From: Lama glama
Lineage: Eukaryota
Assembly: GCA_028534125.1 (NCBI GenBank)
Contig: CM052818.1
Location: 9,736,001 to 9,800,000, forward strand
Direction of reading: 5' to 3'
DNA: 64,000 nt
The position numbers were made by a program, and so were the translations under genes. The notes under the pieces were generated by a model. The model was given only the letters and a program-made list of their open reading frames with translations, ran no database searches and was not told the DNA's origin. Positions 12,101-24,100 of the stretch are shown in pieces. Numbering within the stretch: the stretch's first letter is position 1; each line of letters starts with the position of its first letter.

Positions 12101-15100
12101 CTAGCTTAGATAAACTCATTAGAATGTTTTTGTCTTTGAAGCTTTAAAAACTGTCTTATATGCAGTTTCTTAATTCTACTAGAATATAGGTCCTTGAGCT
12201 GAAGAATTTTTATCTGCCTTGGTCTCTGCTTTCTATCTAATGTGTAAAATAGTGCCTGGGACATAGCAGGTATTCAATACATACTGTTTAATGATCGCAT
12301 AAAGTTATTGCTTTCATGAAAATGAAGTTTTCCTGTCAATGAATTAATTTTTATGTTATTCAGAAAGCAGAGTCTGTCGCTGGGAAGAAACGATATAGTT
12401 CAACTAAAAGAAGCCTACAAATGGATAACTCACCCCCTGTTTTCAGAGGAACTGGGTGTTCCCATTGATGGAAAGGTATCAGGTCATCAGCATTATAAAT
12501 TTTATTCTCTGGGTTTACTAGTTTTACTTTGTTATGTGGGAGAGTTTCGGTTAGTCAAAAGAATCTTGTCTTTAAATAATCCAATAAAGGATTTTTAAGC
12601 TTTTAAAAAGTTAGTTTCTAATAATCTTAAATTGAGGTTGAAGTTTTTCTTTTTCTTTTTTTTTTTTTTTAAGATTTCTTTGTGATCCAAAACACTTATG
12701 AATATAACAGGTAGTGTTGATCTTAAAAGGTTAGAAATGAATCTATACCTTTAGTATATTTATAGTTTAATTAGAGAGACAGATTTACTGATCCAAAGCA
12801 ATACATAAATAACTATGAACAAGTGTAGACTATTGGCTGATCTTGTTTTCAATTGTGCAGACAGAATCTATTCAACTGTGGTGAGCATGGGCTCAATCTA
12901 TCCTGCCTTGTTTGTATCTCAAGTCCCTCTGTTTAATTTTAAGCCGGACTGCCTTTGAAACCAGAACACTTAGCCACCTCCCTATTCCAGGGCAGACCTT
13001 GCCTCAGTCCTTGGAATGGATTGAATTTTAGGGATGAGCTTGATAGGTTTCCAGATGTGGAAACAGGACATATTCCCAGATCATCTTAAATTAGATTTTT
13101 ATAGTGTGGCCTCATTGCTTCATCATTTTGCTTGAAGAAAATTCCCTAAATATCAGATACACCCCATTCAAGTAAAATCACAAAACTATCTTTCCAAGCT
13201 AAATAATTAAAAAATTTTTCATCATTCTGGATAATATAGCTCTGTTTCCTCTGTTAGTAAGAATAGACTTTTAAACTGAATACTGAGAGAATAGAGAATA
13301 AAACCACTTCACAGATAGTATGAAGAGGAAATGAAGTAATGAAAGTACTTTGGAAATTAGAGAAGTCATTGATGCAAAATATTTTTACCTCAAATTTCAG
13401 TTTGAAGCACAGATAATTTTACATGTTGAATCAGTGAGAACAGAAAATAGAAAACAAAAGCTGCAATAATGTTCTAGTAGATTCAGGATGAATAAAGGTT
13501 TCTGAGTAAAAGGAATGTGTTGTAGTTTTAATTTTATTTTGTAGATTAGAGCCAAAAAAACCCCAAAAAATCTATTCACTATTGTGATTCTTGAGTAGCT
13601 AATAAGCTTGCTGACGATCCAATGTTATCAGTAAATATAGAACTCAATAAAAAAGAAAAAAATGTTATATTGTATGACATTTATATCTTCTTCTCAGTGT
13701 GGAATTTTGTATAATCTCCATGGAGGTAAATGTATATAGAGTATGAAAGTGTGCTTTTTTTGTGTACAAGGATGTTCATTGTATCATTTTTTAATAACTT
13801 AAAAAGAAACTCTTAAGTACAACTTAAATGTCCAACAGTCTAGAGTGAAAAGATGTTCATGACATAATATTAATTGTATTAAGCAATTTTCCAAAAGTCT
13901 GTTTAATATCCCAAGAAGCATATACATTTATGTTTATATTCATAAAAATGACTAGGAGGAAACATGCCAAACTGTTACTAGTTCTTCCTCAGTGGAGTGG
14001 GATTGAAAACCCATCCTGTTTTATTATTTTATAATTTACTATGTATTGCTTTTTAAATGAAACAAAAAATTAAGATCTTTCTTTTAAAAGTCAAATCCAT
14101 TTAAGAAGTTTGAGCACTTAAATAGAGCCTCTTTACAGAGTTTTTAAGCATGTGCATAAAATGATTTTGCTTTGCTAATAATTCTAATCATAGTAGTGAC
14201 AGGAATAATTCTTCATTTCTTTCAGTTATCTCTTTCCACTTCCCTGAATTCTCATTCATCTTCATGCCTAATTTATATATATGTACAAAGAAACATACAA
14301 ATTTATTTTAAAATTTGTTTTAATCTTGTTTTTTTTGTAGAATCACTAGTAAATTGAGCTTTCGAATTAAAAAAGAAAAAAGCTATTTCCTTTACAGCTG
14401 CCTGTGAACAAGCTGATTTGAAAACAGTTGTATTTCCAGTTTTCCTTGTCACCGTTTTTCTGAGCCAATCTTTGAGTGTTAATTTCTATTTCCATTCATA
14501 AGTTGTTAGATGTTGGTTTCCCTTTGCTCATTTTTAAACTGTCTTTATAATTTTTAGAGCTTGTTTGAAGTGAGTGTGGTCTTTGCTCACCCAGAAACAG
14601 TTGAGGATTGCCACTTCCTGTAAGTTACAACGTAAACAACAATGCCAATTGTGCAACATTGCTAATACTTTTTGATTTTCATGAAAATAGTATCGCTCTT
14701 CTTTCTAATGAGCATATCAGAACTCATGTCTTAGTAGGTTTAAAATGTGCTCTCTGATATAAGGGTCTAGGCAAACCAATGTAGCTCATGCAGGGATTCA
14801 TTTTGTCTACTTCTGATATCCTGAGTTTACCCTGAGTTTATGTTATATGAAATATATTTGAATTATATCCACCCAAACTCATTAATCTTTTATATTAACT
14901 TGAATTTTACTTAGACGTGCAACATGCCCAGATTGTTTCAAGCCAGCCAAAAACAAACAGGTAAGGATTCCTGCTTCTTATTCTTTGAGTTTTGTTTGAG
15001 CTGAATATTCAAATTAACAACAAACAGGATATACATTAGAAATGTTGGCAATCTATTATACTAAGAATCAGTCTTTAAATATTTCCATTTGCTACATTCG

Positions 15101-18100
15101 TTTTCACTTTTTTCAACTCTCAACACCTTTGCCTCTGGCTAGGAAGTCTTAACGTGCAAACATTTTCATGTTTGTGTCATTGTCTGGATTGTTTCCCCAA
15201 AATTACATCATTTGGGAAAACATGCATTCAACTTCAGCACCATTCTAAACTTTTGTCTAATATTCAGTTTCTAGAAATCAGTGTTTTGAAAATACAATCC
15301 AAAGTAAATTATTTTATTTAGGACAGTCCTGAATTAATAGAGCCACATTTGCAAAAGGGCATTTTATTTAAACTCCACTTTACTGTCCGATGTGAGCTGG
15401 TGTTTATGTTAATGAACAGATTAGTTAGCATGTACTTTTAGTTTCTATTATCTAGGATAGAATGGCATGACATGATGTTGGCAAACTTTCACAGTTACTT
15501 AGCTAGTTTTGTGCAGACTCAGGCATTCCTAGTTTCATTGACATCCGTTTTGCTATTGTGGTTGTTGAAAAGAATATAAGTTTATTGTAAAAGATACATC
15601 TTTTGGTCTTACCTCTTGCTTTGACTAATTTCTGGGCCTTTTAGAACTTTGTAGAGGGGAGGGTTGGCATTGGTGGGGTGGGAGGGGTTGGTGGGGGGAT
15701 TTTGTAACATTTGCCAAGTGCCCTGTGCAGAAATGATTAGAAATGCAGACCAAGCCTAAAACACTGCTTCCCTCCTCTTCTCACATCATGGCACACCTGG
15801 AACATTACCATGTTTGGTCAGCACCCTGAGGTGAACAGAAGAGGCTGCTCTAAGTTAGAAACAGCAGGCCTGGGGGTTCTCACTGACCTAGACCCTGCCC
15901 CTCAGCCCTTGTGAACTAAAGGGATCTTGGCATAACTGTAGCTCACTGCTTTGCCGTAGCAAAGGGAAGCTCTGCCCAAATGACCTGTAAGCAATACTTT
16001 TATTGAAGATCTAGTTTTACTTTTTGTTATCTTTGAGGAAATATACAAACATCAACATTAAATAATACAATAAAGAAATTTTTGTCAAAGCATCACAGAC
16101 ACCACACCATTTGGCAAGTACATGTCTTAAATGTAGTTTTCCTGCCTCACGGCTGGGAGTAAGCTGAATGACCTTTTGAGATTCTTTCAGGCCTGAAATT
16201 TTGTATCTTAACAAACAGGCACTTAATTTTCAATTCTAACCCAGTGACACCTTGGGGTTCCCCAGAATACGGTTTAGAAAATCATTGCTCTTAATGATCA
16301 GCTGTTGAGATCCCTACATTGTTCCCCTTTTTAGTCAAGTGTAATTTCTCATAACGTAAGAAATAATCGTTATTTATCGTAGTGGCCACATATGTGTGCA
16401 CTAATTTAGTTCTAGTATGTCTGCCATGTGGTTTGGCTTTTCTTATTTTTAAAAACCCAGAGTGGGACGTTTGTTGTAGATGCCTTTCTATTCAGTATAG
16501 TGGATTTGTTTACTTTGTCTGTGGCTGGTGAGTGATGTTGAGTTGTTAGATGCTAGGTCAAGCCGGTTGGCTCTGTTTTACCCCCTTACCCTGGCAGACA
16601 ACTCCTAAATTATATACTGTGGCTCCTGAAGGGATGTAGGGAAGAAAAGATAGATGGATCAGTCTAAACTTCTTTTGAGGTCTGGGAAAAAATACTCAAA
16701 GCACACTTCCTGCGATGTCATCATTTGTGTATTTGAAAAGGAACCCGTTTGAGGCGGGTGGGACGGCGCGGTGAGGAAGGCGTGTTCTGCCAGGTCTGCC
16801 TGGCCTTGCAGACGTGGACTAGACTGAAGAGAAGGGCTGCGGGGCGTACCAGCTGCAGGGCTGGCAGTGTAGACACTTATGTTCTGTTGATTTTCTTGAC
16901 GCTATTAAGTGTTTTTCCCTTGTAAGTGTGGCTTAAAATGATAGTTTCTCCAGCCATGTTCTAAATGCCTTTTCTTTTCATTTTACCCTATATAGTCAGT
17001 ATTCACTAGAATGGCAGTCATGAAAGCTTTGAATAAGATAAAAGAAGAGGATTTCCTCAAGTAAGTAGAAGTATAGAAACAAGGAATAATCATGGAATTT
17101 TAGAAGAAAGAGAGTGTTGGAAATAATTGGAATTATCTCTAAAACAAGACTGTATTCATTATATCCCCAATCCCTGGCTCAGTATCTGGCATGAAGTGGT
17201 ATTCAGTAAATGTCAAATTAATATTTGAATTTATGACTCAAGTCCAACTTCTTTATCTTTTAGAAGAGGATATTGAGGTCCAAACAGAGAGTTGAGTTGC
17301 CTAAGATTTCAGCTAAGTAATAGAGAGTGCACTTAGAGCCAGATTTCCTGAGTCTCCAGCCTCGTACTAGCCCCATTACATCCCTAATCCTAGATTTCCT
17401 ATTATTGTCCATCTACAGAACAGTGAGAAAAAGGCTCATGAGTTTCCGGTCTTGTTAAAACATGCTGCAATACAGTAAACCTTAGATTTTAATTTTGTAT
17501 GTTCATTTTATTTAATGAAAATTTATCATAGTTATCTTTCCAGAATATCCTTGAATAAATTTCAAACAATGAAGTTATGAGGAAAAAGTTTCGTATATTT
17601 TACTGACTAAAAATGAGCCTCAGAATGAAAATATTTTTATTAAATTTTAGGAAGTAAAGACAATTACTCTTTACAAGCAACAGTTCCCAAGTTTCTAAGC
17701 GATTTCTTTGTTAAGACATCTTGGGAAGCTGAATGAAATTTTAAAGACAAGCATTTTGGATTAAGTCCATATCTAGTCATTTATGGGTAGACTCCAGTGC
17801 ATGGCTTTGGAAGTTCGCAGATTGTGGACAGAGAATAAAGCCATGAATTGCTCTTTCTCGTCTGTCCTCAGTTGATGTTTCTTAGCCAAAGGACAGAGTC
17901 TGTCACATTCCACTTTTCCTAGCTCTGTGGTCTGATTCCCAAGGTCGTAGTTGGAATGAAAATGAAGAAGAGAGAAAAATGGTGGAGTACCTTCCTCACA
18001 GGTGGGACATGCTCGTGTGACGGGTCTCTGACAGCACACCAGCTTTACCCAAGTGATTGAGGATTTCGTAAGCCAGCAGCAAGTGTTTGTGGGTAGCAAA

Positions 18101-21100
18101 ATGAACTTGGAGAGGCTTCCACCTCTTATATTTGGATTTTTCTCCCAAATCTCAAGGCTGATGTTGGAAATGATCATCTGGGAACGTGAAGCCTCCCGAG
18201 CATGAAAGGTATTAGCGGAGCCCTCATTTACTTAGTGCCACTCTCATGTATTAAAAGTGGTACTCTAGAGGCCTAAAAAACCCCTCATGGTTCCAAAACT
18301 TAAAATTAGGAAGAGGCTTAGTCCTTAAGAGACTTGGGCTCTGTGTGTCTGAGACAATGCTGATTCATCGTAGTTATGTGGTTCAGTATCATGTCTGGAA
18401 TATAGCAGCTGTAAAATTTATTTTGTTTTGCAGGCAGTTTCCTTGTCCTCCAAACTCACCAAAGGCTGTATGCACTGTTCTTGAAATTGAATGTGCTCAT
18501 GGTGCTGTTTTTGTGGCTGGTAAAATATTTAGTCTAGAATATACTTGCACTGTCCATTTCATCTCCTTTCTGAAAAACTCAACTGACTCCTGTTTCCATC
18601 TTATTGCTGTTATTAGTTTCTGATTAGTTAACTCTTTGGAGAAATAGAACTGATAGCCAAGCTTATTTTAGGTCATCTACACATTCTTAAGGATCACTCA
18701 GGAGATCTGATATTTAAAATGCCATGCCAAAGGGAACTGACACTTCCCAGGTGTTAATAGTTTTCATCAGAGATGGTCAAATAAAAATATGGGTAGTTGT
18801 ACAGACCAGAAGCTGGTCAGGATAAACATAGCTGTGGAGAGGATGTTTTATAGCATGAAATCCATCTTGAAAAAATAATTTTATTGTCTGCAAAATGACT
18901 AAACACTCGACTTCTGCCTGAAAAAAAAATTGTTGTGTTGACTTTCCCAAGAAGTAATCTAGTAGACAGTTTTTGTTTTGAAAGCTACAGCTGTTTCATA
19001 GTAATAGCTGAAATGAAATTGTTCTTTAGTCTTGAATATAACACCCTGCCCTGCTCCCTGCCTTGGCATAGCTTTGTTCATGAAGCAGTGAGTCATATTC
19101 TGTTAGGGTTTTTTGTTTAGGTAGTTAACAAAAACTTTAAAATTTCCTGTATTCAAACTCTTTGGAATACATTATCACCGATGACTGTTACACTAAGAGT
19201 ACTATTCATCAGGCGTAAAAGTACTAATTGCTCTTTTTTTACTCCTTAGTGTGTTCCATAATACTGTAACTTGTTCAGTCAGCCAGTCAGATTAATAAGT
19301 GTATTGAGCATTCCCTTAGAACTAATTTGATGCGTCATATTTTGTCTAAAGCCCTCTCTTCTATTATTTCTTAAATCTTTTCATTGACTCATCTGTATGT
19401 CTGTGTGCTGACTCTCCAAATTAGATTGTAAGTTAGCTGAAGGCTAAGCCTTGTTTTATATCATAGCGTCTAGGATATTGATACTCAAGAAATAGTTGTT
19501 GCTTTTCTTTTTATCCTACTGTGTTAATTGTACCATTCCATCCAGGCTACTGTTACATTTCTTTGGCAGGGAGATATAATAAGTACTCCAGGAATCTACC
19601 ACAAACTCCTTGGATAATTGATGGACAAAGGAAGCTGGAATCTTCAGTGGAAGAATTAATTTCAGAACATCTTTTGACAGTATTCAAAGCAGAGAGTAAG
19701 TGTTAACGATATTCATATTTTAAATACATTGTCATTCATGAGTAGACTTCTTGGAGGTGTCAGGAAAGATTTCTTTATTTTGTAAATCACCGCCAAGTCT
19801 GGGCCTCTTGCCTGACAACTTCCTGTGAACAGGGATCTCCATGTCTGAGCTCCTCTGACCCGGGCTGGATTTGAGTCAGGGTGCCTTGGGATTTCTTTTC
19901 TCTCACAAGATTGCTGCCTTTTCCTGGGCAAATTCAAAACAATTGAAACTACTTTAAATGAATGCACTTACACTGTGACCCTGGGACACCTCAGCCTCAG
20001 CCTCTTTTGGGGAATATGAGAAAATTAAAACACAACTTCCACATCCAGTGCTTGTTTAAGAATAATCACTGGCAAATGCCTGGCTTCCATCTTAACAGCT
20101 AAAATGTACTGGAATAAAGTTCAGGCCTACGGAAAACAGATCAACAGCTGTCCTTTCACAGGGACTTAATGGTAGTGTGTTGTTTTAATTTCGTAAGTAT
20201 TAATGACCCCAGGTTTGTTGGGTGAGTCAGATCCTGTCAGGCATGTACTTTCTTTGTCTCAATAGGCCTGTCAGGTCAAAGGAGCATAAAATCTGGTGAT
20301 TTCACCTAGGATTAGACTAGAGGAAAGGTACCGAGATTTCAATCACAGGAAACCATGCTGTACATCAGGAAAAACTGTAGGCAGTGAGTAAGTACAATAA
20401 TACTCTTCAGAGTGGATCTTCCAGTATAATTAGAACACCTTTTCTTTTCTTTTCTTTTCTTTTTTTAAATAGAGGTACTAGGGATTGAACTCAGGCCGCT
20501 GTGCATGCTAACTAAGCATGTGCTCTTCCACTGACCTATACCCACCCACCTAAAACCTTTTTGGGTGGACCAGCTAGACACCCATCCTCCTCTCTGATGA
20601 ACTTTGAGACAAGCCTGCTTTAGGAATGGCAAGCAGGTGACTGAAATGAGATATTGCTGTCCCTTCCAGCTCTCTGTTTGTCAAGAGGAAAGAGAAGCAC
20701 TTCAAAAACACATCCCTCTTATAATTTGTTGCCCATCAGGAAGGTGAGCCCTTTTTAAAAGGACCATTAAGAATTATTTACCAATGGAGAAGAAAGTAGC
20801 AACCTAGTATCTTCCAGAATCTTAGTAGTAAAGACTCGTGGATATTGCCACAAGCTTTTACCTACTTAATTTAATATTTACATGCTGGTCGTCTCATAAT
20901 ACTTATCCAAGTTATGAAGAAGTGAAAATAAAGCAGTAGCATAAAAAGTCTCTTTCAAACCCTTTTTTTGGGCCACCTTATTCCCTTTCTGTAAGAAGAT
21001 TCAAGATTTAGTTCTGATTATTTGGGTCCCAAGAGGGCTGTTGGGAGGGCTCTGAGACAGCCATGTTTCCCCCTTGCAATCTTTCGTGAAGGTGATTTGT

Positions 21101-24100
21101 TGTCATTTTTCATTTGAGGAGGAAAAATATTGTCCCCAAACTGAATATAAAGCCAACTATGTGTTTAGCATCTCTAATTGTGTGCTGTGGAAATTATTGT
21201 GAGCCACTTGAGAAAAAGCAGACCTCCGGGCGTCTGTGCTAACTGGCTCCTTGGGATAAAATCTTGCTGTTTGAAATCCCTGATTAATAACATCAATTGG
21301 CTAAACCTGTACTTCTCAGATACATGACTTGCTACTTCTGTGATTCACATCTAACAACTCTGGGAAGATGGTTCTGACTGTTGTACCTCTAAGTTTTAAG
21401 CTCTATGGAAATAAACCAGTATTGCATGAAGCAGCCTAGCTATTTCTGTAAAGGTTCCTTCCCCTCAGTGGGAGATGCAGACTTGTTTCTCAGTCACTGA
21501 ACACTCCACATCGTATTATCTACTTGCCAATTCTCCAGTTAATAACTTTGACATACGCTCAAAATCAGTGTGTCCAAGAAATGTTTTCCTAATACATTTA
21601 TTACTTTACTTATTGAATAAGTATTTGTCGTATGAGTTCCCTGCTAAAAACTGGTCTATGACTAGCTATAGGATGAAGTCCAAATTATGTAACTTGTTAT
21701 TCTGAGGCCTTCATCATCTGGCCTCTGCCCATCCTTCAGTCCCATTGTCCGTCTGCCCCCAGGTGTGAGGGCCACTGCAGACTAGCTGAACCCTTTACAG
21801 TTCCTGATCATTCTTTTTTTTTTTTTGTCCAACTTTTTTTTTTTAATTTTTATGGGGGGCGTAATTAGATTTATTTATTACTGGAGATACTGGGGATGTA
21901 ACCCAGGACCTCATGCATGCTAAGCACGCATGCTACCATTGAGCTATACTCCCCCAACCTGATCATTCTTGACTTTGTTTTTTTTTGTTTGTTTTTGAAA
22001 TAACTGTTCCATTGAGCAGAAGTCTGTAGAACGCACAGTATTAGTGGTACAAGGCAAGACATAATGTGAATTTAGAACAATCAGCTAAATTTTAGACATA
22101 CATTTCCTACCTGTTCTTTGGCTGCCTGTGGTGGTGTGGTATAGACAGTGGTTAAGAGACTCTGGAGCCAGACTGGCTGGCTGGTTCAAATCCTGACCTT
22201 ACTACTTACCAGGGATGTGCTCTTAGGCAAGTTACTTACCCTGTCTCTGTCTCACCTTCCTTAAAAGTAAAATGGGGATAATGATAGTATCTACCTCATA
22301 GTGTTAACATATATGAAGTGCGTGGAATAACGCCTGCTCACGGTCATGTTTGCTGTAGCGATGATGGTGAAATCATCAGTTGGTTCTGAGTCTAAGAACA
22401 TTGTCATGTAACCTCCCCTCCCTGTTCAAGCCTCTTTCCCATTCCAGTATTTGCAGTTTTTAGTCTGTGATGATCTATCATAAAATGAACACTTGTTTTG
22501 TCATGGTCCTAGCTTGGGTTTACTTATATAATGAATTTGCTTTCAGAGTCAAAGCTCTTTTTCTTCCCCCCTCCTTCCTTTCATAGAGTTTAATTCTCAA
22601 ATAATGTTTCTGCTTTGTTTTCCTTTTGTTTTAAGGAAAAGAAAGATAGATTTTTCACCATAAGTTTGTAGTTAGGGTGGTGGTGGGGCCTTCCTGCAAA
22701 AAGTGCTCTGCCTTTGGATTTCCCATGCAATAACTAAGGTCTCACTTTGACATCAGAAACACCTAGCTCTTCCATTTATTCTTGTGATCTTGGGAAAAGT
22801 ACTTAACCTTTCAGAAACTTGGTGTTCTTTTATTTAATACCTACCTCATAAGGTTATAATAAGGATTAAATGAAGTAATGTGTGCAGAAATTCAGTTCAG
22901 TGCCTGGCATGTAGTAAGTGCTCAATAAATGTTATTTATTATCACCTTTGCTATTTTTAGTAGAGATTGGGATTAGAGGTGGGATGATGACTATTCCTTG
23001 GGATTCTCCAATAGATTGTTCACGACAAATTGGGTTTTTGCTAAAAGATGAGAATGAAAGTCTAAGGACTATCATGTCTCTGATTTTTTTTTCTTTATCT
23101 GCTTTCCAAAGGCTTTAATTTTTCATCCTCTGGAAGAGAAGATGTAGATGTGAGAACATTAGGAAATGGTAAGATTGCGACAACATCACTTAACTAGAAT
23201 TAACTTTCAGATTATCACCCTTTTCAGACAGCAGATTTATTATAGTCACTTAGTCAAAATCAGAGTGGGCATAGCCCAGAGCTGCTGCATGTGAGGAAGC
23301 CTTGTGGATTATGGAGCTACTTTTATAAATTATATGAGTATGTTTTAACAGGAATTATTTCTTCAGAGGCCACCTTTTTTGCATACCTGTAGGTTGCAAG
23401 AGGCTTTTCTGTGCGTTAATAAAGAGGTGCCTGATATTTTCCAAAAGTTTGGTTATTAATTGTTCCACTTAATAACATTTCAGCATTACCAGTACAGTTT
23501 TCAAAATGTACATCTTCATTTAAAAAGTGCTTCTGCTCTCTTACCCTTTCATTTCTCTCATTTTACATTGTTGAATTGCAAGAAAGATGATGAGAATAAT
23601 CTTGAGCTATTTGAGATTTGTAATCCCTTTTTCTCATGGAATCTCAGCTTTTCATTTCATTAGTGGACTAGGCTAGGAGAATGTATTTCAGCTTGGTATA
23701 CCTGGGCATTACTGCATGGGACAACTTTATGTTAGGTGTAACCAAGTCAATTAGTGGCTGTTTGAATTTGATTTTATAATTAACACAGGCTTGTCCATCG
23801 ACCTTTGGGAAAACAGTCATTTTCACATATTGCCCGTAGTGGGTTTTAGCAGCCCCCAAAAAGCCCCTTGATTCTTTTCACACATCCCTCCCTCCCCTAG
23901 ATGTAGTCATGTCGCTAAACGTTCAGTCCCTAGAGCTCAACTCGTTTTTTCACACCTCCTAACCCTCTTGCATTAGCCCAAATGTTAACTCCATCAACAC
24001 GTTTCTGTTTCATGACGGGGTGTGTGCTGCCAGGAAGGCCCTTTGCAATTGAGCTGGTGAATCCTCATAGAGCACATTTCACTTCACAAGAAATTAAGGA

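Noticed and set aside
17773..18177. 134-aa antisense ORF in a PUS10 intron
   Set aside because: No recognisable homology or splice support; length is compatible with chance in 64 kb.
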